Below the pieces are notes generated by a model, which was not told the DNA's origin, did not search any database, and saw only the letters and a program-made list of their open reading frames with translations. A stretch of DNA of 64,000 bases. Origin: Mobula birostris (taxonomy: Eukaryota). Both the position numbers and the translations under genes were made by a program. Of the stretch, positions 1-11,940 are shown in pieces; positions within the stretch are counted from its first letter, which is position 1; every line of letters begins with the position of its first letter. Where the stretch lies: the NCBI RefSeq assembly GCF_030028105.1, contig NC_092385.1, positions 39,915,433 to 39,979,432 on the forward strand, given 5' to 3'.

Positions 1-784
1 TCTACTGATTGCTTGCATCTATCAAATACCACCTACAATTCTTTCTGCAATATTCACTGCTGCCATGGCATTTTTTTAATTAGTAGAGAATCTTTTTAAA
101 CCTTCATAGGTCAGTAGTAATTCATATCACCTTTTTTTCTAATATTATCAATACAATCACAGACCTTTACAGCAAGAAAAGGGTTCACTAAGTCTTTGAA
201 TGAACAGTTCTGCATCCTCTTTTTTTTTTGTCTGTAATCCTTAATTTCCCCAGCCAACTCTCTTTTAAAATTAGCAATGTATTTTACCTGCAAAGTACCA
301 GTTCTGGACAATCCTGAATGATAAAATTTCTTAACATCTCCCCCATTTACAGATCTTTTGGCAATTCATTTTTAAAATCAATTGCCTTTAGTTATTGATA
401 CATTTGCCAAAGGGAATAACATTCTTATCTTTTCCAATATTTTTATTAATTTACATATAAGAATACAGAGTACAGGAAAAATACATATATCAATACATTT
501 TACTAAATCGCATATAAAGACTCCTTACCTTATATTCATACAGGTTAATTAATTCGTAACATTGAAATATAGTAATTTTATTATATATATAAAAAAATCT
601 AACCCACTACCAAGACCAAAACTGATTAGTAAAGAAAAAAAGGAAAAAAAATTATTAGTCATCATCTGTGCTTTAACAATAAATCAAAGGTTTTGAAAAT
701 AATTCGGAAAAGGTCCCCACAATGTTTGAAAGTCTTGACTAGATTCAGAAATTGAGCATCAAATCTTCTCTAAATTTAAATATG

Positions 785-2229
785 GCTTTGTGCGTGGTAG
801 GTCATGTTTAACCAATCTGTTAGAGTTTTTCGAGGAGGTTACCAGGAAAGTGGATGAAGGGAAGGCAGTGGATGTTGTCTACATGGACTTAAGTAAGGCC
901 TTTGACAAGATCCCGCATGGGAGGTTAGTTAGGAAGATTCAGTCGCTGGGTATACATGGAGAGGTAGTAAATTGGATTAGACATTGGCTCAATGGAAGAA
1001 GCCAGAGAGTCATTGTGGAGGATTGCTTCTCTGAGTGGAGGCCTGTGACTAGTGGCGTGCCACAGGGATCAGTGCTGGGTCCATTGTTATTTGTTATTTA
1101 TATCAATGAACTGGATGATAATGTGATAAATTGGATCAGCAAATTTGCTGATGATACAAAGATTGAAGGTGTAGTGGACAGTGAGGAAGGTTTTCAAAAC
1201 TTGCGGAGGGATTTGGACCAGCTGGAAAAATGGGCTGAAAAATGGCAGATGGGGTTTTATACAGACAAGTGTGAGGCATTGCACGTTGGAAGGACAAACC
1301 AAGGTAGAACATACAAGGTAAATGTAGTGGACAGTGAGGAAGGTTTTCAAAACTTGCAGAGGGATTTGGACCAGCTGGAAAAATGGGCTGAAAAATGGCA
1401 GATGGAGTTTAATACAGACAAGTGTGAGGTATTGCACTTTGGAAGGACAAACCAAGGTAGAACATACAAGGTAAATGGTAGGGCACTGAGGAGTGCAGTA
1501 GAACAGAGGGATCTGAGAATACAGATACAAAATTCCCTAAAAGTGGCGCCACAGGTAGATAGGATTGTAAAGAGAGCTTTTGGTACATTGGCCTTTATAA
1601 ATCAAAGTATTGAGTATAAGAGTTGGAATGTTATGGTGAGGTTGTATAAGGCATTGGTGAGGCCAAATTTGGAGTATTGTGTACAGTTTTGGTTACCGAA
1701 TTACAGGAAAGACATTAATATGGTTGAAAGAGTGCAGAGAAGGTTTACAAGGATGTTGCTGGGACTTGAGAAACTGAGTTACAGAGAAAGGTTGAATAGG
1801 TTAAGACTTTATTCCCTGGAGCATAGAAGAATGAGGGGAGATTTGATAGAGGTATATAAAATTATGATGGGCATAGGTAGACCGAATGCAAGCAGGCTTT
1901 TTCCACTGAGGCTAGGGGAGAAAAAAACTAGAGGACATGGGTTAAGGGTGAAGGGGAAAAAGTTTAAAGGGACAATTAGGGGGGGCTTCTTCACACAGAG
2001 AGTGGTGGGAGTGTGGAGTGAGCTGCCAGATGAAGTGATAAATGCAGCCTCACTTTTAACATTTAAGAAAAACTTGGACAGGTACATGGATGAGAGGTGT
2101 ATGGAGGGATATGGTCCAGGTGCAGGTCAGTAGGACTAGGCAGAAAAATAGTTCAGCACAGCCAAGAAGGGCCAAGAGGCCTGTTTCTGTGCTGTAATGT
2201 TCTATGGTTTTATGCTCTATGTTTCTATG
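785..2229 (+). mobile_element. 5'-truncated CR1 LINE with an uninterrupted RT-to-C-terminus reading frame (790-2133)
   Basis: Motifs GRSCLTNL, DLSKAFD, GVPQGSVLGP, KFADD, RPNLEYCVQFW, TRGH. 3' (TCTATG)-type microsatellite tail. TATG shared at both junctions (781-784, 2226-2229). Confidence 0.97.
1171..1476 (+). repeat. 153-bp in-frame tandem duplication inside the CR1 RT
   Basis: GTAGTGGACAGTGAGGAAGG starts at 1171 and again at 1324. The 51-aa block VVDSEEGFQNL...GRTYKVN occurs twice. Confidence 0.95.
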
Positions 2230-2304
2230 ACATCACATCACATAACCATTGGGTGTGAATAGATATTGATAACATTCTTATCAATATTTCTCAGTTTCCT
2301 GAAA

Positions 2305-2751
2305 TAGTCATAGTCCTAGTCATAGTCATAGTCATACTTTATTCATCCTGGGGGAAATTGGTTTTTGTTACAGTTGCACCATAAATAATTAAATAGTAAT
2401 AAAACCATAAATAGTTAAATAGTAATATGTAAATTATGCCAGGAAATAAGTCCAGGACCAGCCTATTGGCTCAGGGTGCCTGACCCTCCAAGGGAGGAGT
2501 TGTAAAGTTTGATGGCCACAGACAGGAATGACTTCCTATGACGCTCTGTGTCACATCTCGGAGGAATGAGTCTCTGGCTGAATGTACTCCTGTGCCCACC
2601 CAGTACATTATGTAGTGGATGGGAGACATTGTCCAAGATGGCATGCAACTTGGACAGCATCCTCTTTTCAGACACCACCGTCAGAGAGTCCAGTTCCATC
2701 CCCACAACATCACTGGCCTTACGAATGAGTTTGTTGATCCTGTTGGTGTCT
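2305..2751 (-). mobile_element. Rex1/Babar-type LINE 3' fragment
   Basis: Minus ORF ...KLHAILDNVSHPLH...RCDTERHRKSFLSVAIKLYN. (GACTAT)n tail at ~2307-2337. Confidence 0.85.
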
Positions 2752-3035
2752 CCATAAGGTCATAAATCCTCCATAAGGTCAATTTTATCATTCTGACATG
2801 AAATACATCTTAGTCTTTCAGAGTTATCTACAACATATTTTCTGTCACCTTGAAAAATATTTATTTAATAATTCCACTCTAACCAAATTACTCTGTGATG
2901 TAGCTTATATGATGCTGTGTGCTGTGCTGCTGCTGCATGTAAGTTTTCCATTGCATCTGCCCATACAGGCACTTGAGCATGAGGACAAACTCAAGGCTTC
3001 CAGCTTTTGACTTTTGAACGCCTATCCGTTTTGAA

Positions 3036-4513
3036 AACATCAATAATTTCAGATATGCAGATGACATTGTGTTAATTGCAAGTACGGAGGAAGAACTACA
3101 AAACTTAATTGATATAATTGTTGAAGAAAGTGCAAAAATGGGTCTATCTATCAATTGCAAAAAGACAGAACGTATGGTGATATCCAAAAAAGAAGGAGAA
3201 TCCTATCTGCAGGCTGAGAATAAATGGGGAAGACATAAAACAAGTACAGAACTTTTGCTACTTAGGAAGCTGGGTGACATCAGATGGCAGGTGTGACTTG
3301 GACATCCAAAGAAGAGTAGGGATGGCAAAAGACACCTGCACGAGAATGAAGAGTATACTGACCAACACTAAACTAGGCATGACAAATCACCTCAGAGTAC
3401 TGAAATGTTATGTTTATCCAGTTATGTTATATGGCTCAGAATGTTGGACAATATCTAGTAACATAAGGAAATGAATTGTAGCAGCAGAGATGTGGTTTTT
3501 GAGGAGGATGCAAAGAATATCATGGATGAAACAAATATCTAACAAGGATGTCATGAACAGAACAAACACAAAAAGAGAAATAATGTATGAGATCATGAAA
3601 AGGCAATGTAACTTCATTAGACATGTGATTAGGAAAGAGGAGTTAGAATGCACTGTAATTTTAGATTATGAGGACACTCAGTCCTCGTTTATTGTCATTT
3701 AGAAATGCATACATTAAAAAAATGATACAATGTTCCTCCAGAAAGATATCAGAGAAAACCAGGACAAACCAAGACTAAAACTGACAATACCACATAATTA
3801 TAACATATAGTTACAACAGTGGAAAGCAATACCGTAATTTGATAAACAGCAGACCATGGGCACAGTAAAAAAAAAGTCTGAAGTCCCAATAGCCCCATCA
3901 TCTCATGCAGACGGTAGAAGGGAGAAATTCTCCCTGCCATGAACCTCCAAGCGCCGCAAACTTGCCGATGCATTGGAAGCACCCAACCGCAGCCGACTCT
4001 GAGTCCATCCAAAAATTTCAAGCCTCCGACCAGCCCTCCGACACCGAGCACCGAGTACCAACCTCTGCCGAGTGCTTTGACCCTGCCCCGGCTGCCACGC
4101 AACAAGCAAAGCCGAAGACTTAGGACCTTCCCCTCCGGAGATTCTGGATCACACAGTAGCAGCGGCAGCGAAGCAGGCATTTCAGAAGTTTCACCAGATG
4201 TTCCTCCGTACTCTCACGTCTGTCTCCATCAAATCAGGATTGTGCACGGCATCCTACTTGATAGATAACAGATATCGCCACCGGAGTGGCTGCTGCGAGC
4301 TGTGTCGCATGGCCATCTTCTCCTCCTGATGGTTCTTATGGGAAAGATTGAAGGGAAGAAAGCAAGAGGAAGACAAAGACAAATGATGATGGAGACAGCA
4401 GCCAAAAAACTGGAAATGAGTACCAATGAATTGATCCACTTGACCCAAAACAGGAGTGTGTGGGCCATGGCAGTCAAAGCTCAAACTGGGTATGGCACCT
4501 GATGATGATGATG
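3036..4513 (+). mobile_element. 5'-truncated RTE-clade LINE interrupted by a non-autonomous element (RTE pieces 3036-3660 and ~4337-4513)
   Basis: RYADD motif, GLSINCKKT, MLYGSECW, AAEMWFLRRM, GKIEGKKARGRQR. (TGA)n tail. 12-bp TSD ATCC(G/A)TTTTGAA at 3024-3035 and 4514-4525. Confidence 0.9.
3661..4336 (-). mobile_element. Non-autonomous LINE-derived retroposon (LINE-like 5' end, AATAAA, 3' stem-loop, short tail)
   Basis: Minus strand starts with GGAGAAGATGGC and ends AATAAAC-GAGGAC tgagt GTCCTC-ATAATCTAA. It interrupts the RTE frame TVI|MGKIEG. CpG-rich, no credible ORF. Confidence 0.7.
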
Positions 4514-5374
4514 ATCCATTTTGAATCTTAACACTTTGAATAGAACAGCAAAATGCACCAACTAATTAACATGGCTAAGGGCGATCAGTTTCTCCCTTAT
4601 TTGAAAAGAAGATTCGTAACGTGCTAATGCCGATAGAATATGCCCTCAAAAATGATGATAGGATGTAATACAAATTACTGTATTCAGTGCCTATGGAGTT
4701 AGCCATTGTCTTATCAGAAGGGAACAACAATATCTTTTAGATATAATTTATATAATATTTATAAAATTTACTCCCTTCAATTCCACTCTTCACCCCGCCC
4801 CCACCCCCACTGCCTACTGCGAGCAGAGTAACTCCTGGGCTGTTCTGAACATTGGTTCTCAGGTGGTCGCTTTTCCCATTTGTCTGTCTCACTGTCACGT
4901 AAAGTTCAGTTTGGGGCTTGTTCAGATGAAACAGGTGGAAGGCCACTAATTAATGTTCCATGGCACACCGTGGCTCAGCACTGAATCACGGCACTACTAT
5001 GTAGTTCAAAGTTATGCTCTTCACAAAGCACACTTTCATGAGAGTTGTTCACAATCTGTAAGAGAATTGTGCAGATTACCTGTGCCTGGAAATCGCAAAT
5101 AAAGCATCACCTCTACAGAGCCATGTGTGACAAATCAGAGTGGAAATCCTGACTCGAATTTTTAAAAATACTGCAGATAATGAACAGTGTAAGTAACTAT
5201 GAACAATGATGCTAGATTACTGTAAGATCAAATATTTTAAAAATGGGCTATACTTCTTTGAAAACAAAATCTCCACTATGTCATTTAAGTGGAAAAGTAA
5301 TAGTTAAATAGGAAAAACAGATTTAGTCAGAAAACCGTGAACACTTTTACTGTGATTTATCTTGTGGAAAATGC

Positions 5375-6352
5375 TGCTCAGGGTTTTAAGCTCAGCCAAC
5401 TCCATCACTGGCACTAGCTTCCCCTCCATCGAGGACATCTTCGAACGGTGATGATTTAGAATCAGAATCAGGTTTATTATCACCGGCAGGTGACGTGCAA
5501 TTTGTTAACTTAGCAGCAGCAGTTCAATGCAATACATAATCTAGCGGGGGGGGGGGGGGGGAATAAATAAATAAAATAAAACATAATAATAAATAAACAA
5601 GTAAATCAATTACGTATATTGAATATATTAAAAAATGTGCAAAAATAGAAATACTGTATATTTTAAAAAGTGTGGTAGCGTCCAAATCTTCAAAGTCCAT
5701 TTAAGAATTTGGACGGCAGAGGGGAAGAAGCTGTTCCTGAATCGCTGACTGTGTGCCTTCAGGATCTTGTACCTTCTACCTGATGGTAACAGTGAGCAAA
5801 AGGGCATGCCCTGGGTGCTGGAGGTCTTTAATAATGGACACTGCCTTTCTGAGACACTGCTCCCTGAAGACGTCCTGGGTACTTTGTAGGCTAGTGCTCA
5901 AGATGGAGCCGACTAAATTTACAACCCTTTGAAGCTTCTTTCTGTCCTGTGCAGTGGCCCCTCCATACCAGACAGTGATGCCGCCTGTCAGAATGCTCTC
6001 CACAGTACAACCATAGAAGTTTTTGAGAAGGCAAGAAGGCAGCATCCATCATTAAGGAACCTCACCATCCAGGACATGTCCTCTTCTCATTCCTATCAGC
6101 AGGGAGGAGATGCGGGAGCCTGACAACACAGATTCAACATTTTAGAAACTGCTTCTTCCCCTCCACCACCAGATTTCTGAATGGTCCATGAACCCGTGAG
6201 CACTACCTCACTATTTTTCACTGTTTGTGTGCTAATTATTTTTATGTATTTCTTAATATAAATTAGGGTAATTTTTTATGTATTGCCCAGTACTGCTGCA
6301 GCAAAACAACAAATTTCACGATTTCTGTCAGTGACAATAAACCTGATTCTGA
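5375..6352 (+). mobile_element. Rex1-related 3' fragment with a second, minus-strand Rex1-related element nested at ~5453-6025
   Basis: Host text ...CATCGAGGACATCTTC...GGTGATG | CAAGAAGGCAGCATCCATC is split. The insert encodes FYGCTVESILTGGITVWYG and has a (CTGATT)n tail at ~5455-5472. Confidence 0.8.
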
Positions 6353-7639
6353 TGCTGAAAAAGACAGATCTGCCCACTGGGTCTATGTAGTTTCATGGGG
6401 AGCAATCCCATCAGTCCTGTTACCCTCTCCTTATTTTCCCGAAACCCTGCAATTTACTCTCTCCGATCAAATACCCTTTGATTATTTACATTAATCTCAA
6501 TTAAGAAGTACTTTACAGTAACCAGTTAGTTTTTGGCAATATGAATGAAAACCCAGATCAGCAAAGGAAATTTAAAGAGGAGGCAGATATATTTGAAAAA
6601 ATTAGGGAACCGTGGAGTATGGGAACAGGCAGAGAAGTGGAGTTGAGCCTGGGGTTGTGTGGCTGTTGGTACTGACCAGAGAGTTATACGTTGGACAGTG
6701 CGGCACTTTGAGAATTAATGGGCAGGGGAGCCTTGCGGCAACGTGAGCACAGGCAAGTCCTGTGTTATTGATGGAAGGAACTCACCACATTTCTGCCCTT
6801 CCAGGCACCTGCTCCCCGTCTGCAGTTACCAACCACATAGCCAGGTCAGAATCCACAAAACCGGAGTTGAAACAAGCCCCCCCGCATCTTGGGGGAGTGC
6901 TGGAGAAGGATAATGTACTTTAGAGTGTGCAGGCTATTGGACCCAGCACACCACTGCCTTGGCTTGTGTTTACTTGGATCTCCTCCCGTGCCTTCTCCCC
7001 ACCCATGTTCACTGCAAATACCAAAGATACTCATCTCAACAACTCTTTGTGGTGCCGTGTTAAAGAAATTCCACAGAATTTCCTTCTGGATTTATCTGCA
7101 GCGCACTTATATTTTGGCTCTGACTCTGATCACTTGATCTTTCAAAACTGTATATATTCGTAAAGTTCTCAGTTATGCAAATATTCTGGTTTCCTGTTTA
7201 AAGAGAAAACTAGACTAACTTGTTCATGTTCCTGCTCTGTATAGTCTCTTAATTTTTGCATCAATCTTGTAAGTGCTCAAAGCCTTTTTTCCAATGCCTC
7301 TATTCCTTTTCCATAATATACACATTAGAACCATTGATATTATTCAAAAATTGATCTATCAAAAGCTCAGTTCAATCTGAGCAAATCTGCCTTTCAATGT
7401 TATTCTGATAAAAGTAACCCCAGTGCTGTGTTAACTAATCTAATGGGCCTGCTGACCAGCATGATAACTGTTGGTAACTGATGTACCTGTGTCCAGATCC
7501 TGTGTTCCCGATAACATGTAATCCCAATGAAACCCTGATCTATATTTGCAAATCACACATCCAATTTTCACATTCTAAGGTCTTCTTGAACACTGTCCCA
7601 TTTTGTATTAATAGCTTGAGTCGATTTCCTCAATTGCAG

Positions 7640-8525
7640 ACCCCAGTCAGCAACAACATCTCCTCCACAATCTCCACCAGCACGGGTGCACCATAAGGCT
7701 GTGGCTTAGCCCCCTGCTCTACTCACTTCATACTGCTGGCTGTGTGGCTAAGCACAGCACCAATGCCACATTCAAGTTTGCTGACGACGCCACTGTTGTA
7801 GGCTGAATTAAGATGAATCAGCATATAGGAGGGAGATTGAAAATAGGACCGAGTGAGTGACGACAGCAACAACCTTTTACTCAATGTCAGCAAGGTGAAG
7901 GAGCTGGTTATATTGACTGGCTGCATCACAGTCTGGTATGGAAACACCAATGCCCTTGAATGGAAAATCCCACAAAATTTGGTACCAGTCCATCATGGGT
8001 AAAGCTCTCCCCACCACTGAACCCACCTACCCGGAGTGTTATCACAGGAAGGCTGTATCCATCATCAGGGACCCCCACCACCCAGGTCATGCCCTCTTCT
8101 GGCTGCTGCCATCAGGAATAAGATACAGGAGTCTCAGGACTCACAACCACCAGGTTCAGGAACAGTTATAACCCCTCAACAACAGGCTCCTGAACCCGAG
8201 GGAATAATTTCACTCACCCCATCACTGAGCTGTTCCCATAATCTATGGACTCACTTTCAAGAACTCTTCATCTCATGTTCTGGATACTTGTTGCTCATTT
8301 ATTTATTATTATTATTATTATCATTCTTTTTTTGTTTTTGCACATTTTGTTGCCTCTTGCACATGGGTTGTTCAACCTGTTGGTGCAGTCTTTCATTGAT
8401 TTTATTATGGTTCTTGGATTTATTGCCTATGCCCGCAAGCAAATAAACCTCAGGGTTGTATATGGTGACATATATCTATATACACACACATACACACATT
8501 ATATACGTTTAATTTGAACTTTAAA
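7640..8525 (+). mobile_element. Degenerate Rex1/Babar-type LINE fragment
   Basis: Remnants of GAP*GC.LSPLLYS, KFADD and HHPGHALF.LLPSG.RYRSLR. TTTGAACTTT tail. Confidence 0.85.
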
Positions 8526-10049
8526 AGTTTGAAATTATACTTATTTTTAATTTTAAATATAATATATAAATTATAAACAACAGTGGTTTGAGTAATATTC
8601 CTTGTGGAAAAGCACATTTCATTTTATGCTGATCCAGACGACTACATTTATCTTCTCTGTTTTATTGGTCAGTTACTATCCATTCTGATTGTTGTTCTCA
8701 AACTCACATGCTTCAGCCTTGGTCATTTTATTTTTGTCTTCTTTAGAAAACTAAATACACGACATCCACTGCATTAAACGGACTCATTCAGACCGCTTCT
8801 GTTTCAAGTATTCAATAAGGTTAGTCAAGCATATATTTGGGATTTGTGAATATAGCTTCAAGATGTTTCTCTATTAGAGTTGATTAAGTATTTCTTCTTG
8901 CAAATTTATTCTATGACCTCATATCATTCAGCAGCTGCTTAAGAGTTTGTTAATTCTTATATTTTGTTTGCTTTCTATGCTGGATCAGCCCCTTCCCAAC
9001 TCACACATCCAGGAAGATAAATGGTCCACACTACTGTCCCAATCTCATGTTTTCCTGCTACTTGATCTCTGACCCACTGCAAACCTTGTTAACACCAACC
9101 ACTACAACCTGAGGTGACTGCGTATGTAGTACTAGGTAGCCACATTCATCACAGAGCAGGGTTGTGCAACACAGTAAAAGGCACTCTGCCCAACTCATCC
9201 ATGCTGATCATGATATTTACCTCTGTTAATTAAATTTGCCTGTATTAGCCCTGTATCCCTTTGCTCCAATCCTATCCAAGCACCTGTCCAAATGCTCTTT
9301 AAATGTTGTAATTGTATCTCCCTCTACCACCTCTTCTGGGAGCTCATTCCACGTACTCTAAGTGAATCATTTTTAAATTGTGGGGCTCAAAGGAGGAAGA
9401 CTGATCTTCTTCCCATCCTTAAGAGCAAAGATGGCATGTTTCCATTCTAGTTCTGATGGGTAGACGTGAACTATTTGATTCATATCTACTTTAACTTGCA
9501 GGTTGAACCATTTCAGTTTTACGGTGATATTCAAGGATGTAGTTTTGGACAGACAGTAACATGTAATTGCTTATAAAAATATTCACCTTCACCTCACTGG
9601 TATTTTTCACCTATAATGATGAATATGCATGGTTTTCAAAGTAATTGAATCGGAATGTACAGTACAATACAGTTGTTCAATTAGAATTTGCATTAAATTA
9701 ATTTGCATTTTTGAGCCTAATTCAAAACATTCACTATTCAAATAAACTGATGAAGTGCAATGAACTGCAGACAGTGGAAACTTGAAATTCCATCAGACTT
9801 CATACTTGAAGAAACACTTCTCAAAAGACATCACAGACCAAATAAATAATGGGTCATGAGACGGGAGCAGAAACAGAAAGCGAAAAAAAAAATGAACTGC
9901 GAGGTAGAAGCCAGAATCAAATACCAGCTTCCTGAAACAGAGAGGGAGGTGGCAGGGTTGAATTGCAAACTGGTTCTCAGATGACTAATGTCAATGAGTA
10001 AGCTCGGTAAGAAGAATATCTCAATCTCAGCGTAAGAAAGGTGCCGAAG

Positions 10050-10475
10050 CTCCATGAGTGGCGGCTTGCAGAGTCTCCAGTGCAGCAGGTTGGAAAGAGT
10101 TGCAGAGGGTTGTAGACCGAGCCAGGGACATCATTGGCACTAGCCTCCTCACCATCAAGGACATCTTCAAGAGGCAGTGTCTCAAAGAGATGACATCTGT
10201 CATTAAGTCCCTCACCATCCAGGACATGCCCTCTTCTCTTTACTTCCATCAGGAGGAGGTACGGGAGCCTGTAGGCGCACATTCAACATTTTAGGTACAG
10301 GTTTTTATTCTCCATCATCAGATTTCTGAATGGTCCATGTACCCATGAACAGACCTCATTATCTTGCTCTTTTTTCACTATTTTTTAATATACTGTATAT
10401 ATACTTTAGTTTTTTATGTATTGCTGCCACAAAAAACCAACAAATTTCATGATGTACAATACATCAGTGATAATA
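10050..10475 (+). mobile_element. Rex1-related 3' fragment
   Basis: LQRVVDRARDIIGTSL.TIKDIFKRQCLK, same family text as 5375-6352. Confidence 0.75.
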
Positions 10476-10499
10476 AAGCAGTATTGATCCAAAAGGAAA

Positions 10500-11610
10500 A
10501 CTGATTAGTCCTTTGGACCCAATAATGCACATATCAGAGCCATGAAAAGGTGTCTTTAGGATGGAAGATCTTGTGGTTATTATCTTCCAAAGTTTTATAG
10601 GTTCTGCAATTGTTCTTGTGGATTGGAAGATAGTAAATGAAGTCCCAGTATTGAAGAAATGAGGGGAAAAAGAAAAGAAACAGCCACATACCAAATCACC
10701 TCATTCAATGATGGTACATGCTAGAATATATAATGACAGATGTCAAAACAGAACACCTGAAAAAGAATAAAAGGACTGAGCAGGAATAACACAGATTTAT
10801 GAGATGAAAATCTTGTTTGACTACTCACTGGAATTCTTTGATGATGTGACTCATGGAATAGACAAGAAAGAACAGAAGATGTGGTAGATTTAGACTTTTG
10901 GAAGAGATCCAATAAGGCTCCATGCAGAAGGTCACAGCACCTTGAACTGAGAGTAATATGCTGTATAGACATGGATTGAGAATTTATTGTCATTCAGAAA
11001 GAAAAGAACAAGAATAAACAGATTGTTTTCAGGTTAGCACACCACAGAGAGCATTGCCTAGGCCTCAATCTTTCATGATCTATAGCAGTGATGTAACTGA
11101 GGGGACCAGATGTCATATTTCCAAGTTTACTGATGATATTAAACTAGGTGAAATTGTGCCGAGAGAGAAAGATGTAAAGGAGGCTTCAAGGGGATATGAA
11201 CAACCTAAATGAGTACGCAAGATTATAGCAGAAAGAATGCTATGTAGAAGAAAATTCTACAGAACCAAAAAACTATGTATTAGTTAAATAGTGAGGGATA
11301 GGATAATGGTAATGATCAAAGGGATTTAGGTGTGTGAACTAGGTCAAAGACCAATGTGCAGAAGCAGTGTGGAATCAAGAGGGCAAATGGAACTTAAGCA
11401 TGTAAGAGGGTTTAAATACAGGAACAGGGAGGCCTTACTACAACCATATAGAGCCTTGATAAGACTACACCTGGAATATTGTCTACAGTTTTGGATTCCT
11501 GAGCTAAAAAAGGGTGTATGTGCTGGCAAGGCAGTGTAGAGACTCTGGACTGGGACATAATTGTCCAGAACTTAGAAGAATGAGAGAGGCCGTTGAAACT
11601 TAGAAAACTC
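10500..11610 (+). mobile_element. Old degenerate CR1 LINE
   Basis: Frameshifted RT remnants including ALIRLHLEYCLQFW and KFTDD. Confidence 0.75.
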
Positions 11611-11627
11611 TTGGAAGTCTGACAGAC

Positions 11628-11848
11628 ATAAAAGTTGCTGGTGAACGCAGCAGGCCAGGCAACATCTCTAGGAAGAGGTGCAGTCGACGTTTCAGGCCGA
11701 GACCCTTCGTCAGGACACCTAGTCTTGACGAAGGGTCTCGGCCTGAAACGTCGACTGCACCTCTTCCTAGAGATGCTGCCTGGCCTGCTGCGTTCACCAG
11801 CAACTTTTATGTGTGTTGCTTGAATTTCCAGCACCTGCAGAGTTCCTG
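11628..11848. mobile_element. Palindromic Penelope-derived mini-element (inverted pLTR arms) with 17-bp TSD
   Basis: Arms ~11626-11716 and ~11722-11812 are near-perfect reverse complements around a 5-nt loop. TTGGAAGTCTGACAGAC is duplicated at 11611-11627 and 11849-11865. Confidence 0.9.
11681..11716 (-). ncRNA. Minimal type-I hammerhead ribozyme motif (intact core, short helix I)
   Basis: Minus strand: GTC-CTGACGA-AGG gtctcgg CCT-GAAAC-GTC-GAC. Confidence 0.65.
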
Positions 11849-11940
11849 TTGGAAGTCTGACAGACTTGATTTAAGGAAGATGAAGCAAAAACACAGGTAG
11901 CATGGTAGCGTAGCGGTTAGCACAATGCTTTACAGTACCA

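Larger units (their letters stand above)
430..2268 (-). mobile_element. 5'-truncated L1-clade LINE 3' end, split by a CR1 insertion (pieces 430-784 and 2230-2268)
   Basis: Joining the two pieces on the minus strand reads TQWLCDVMSYLNLEKI*CSISESSQDFQTLWGPFPNYFQNL, resembling a fish L1 ORF2 C-terminus. Minus-strand AATAAA near 441-446. 14-bp TSD ATAACATTCTTATC at 416-429 and 2269-2282. Confidence 0.8.

Noticed and set aside
2750-2781. 13-bp duplication CTCCATAAGGTCA next to the Rex1 5' end
   Set aside because: Both copies are on one side of the element, so it is not a TSD. Minor junction filler.
11600-11834. Near-identical peptides on opposite strands (MLVNAAGQA...)
   Set aside because: A consequence of the DNA palindrome, not genes.
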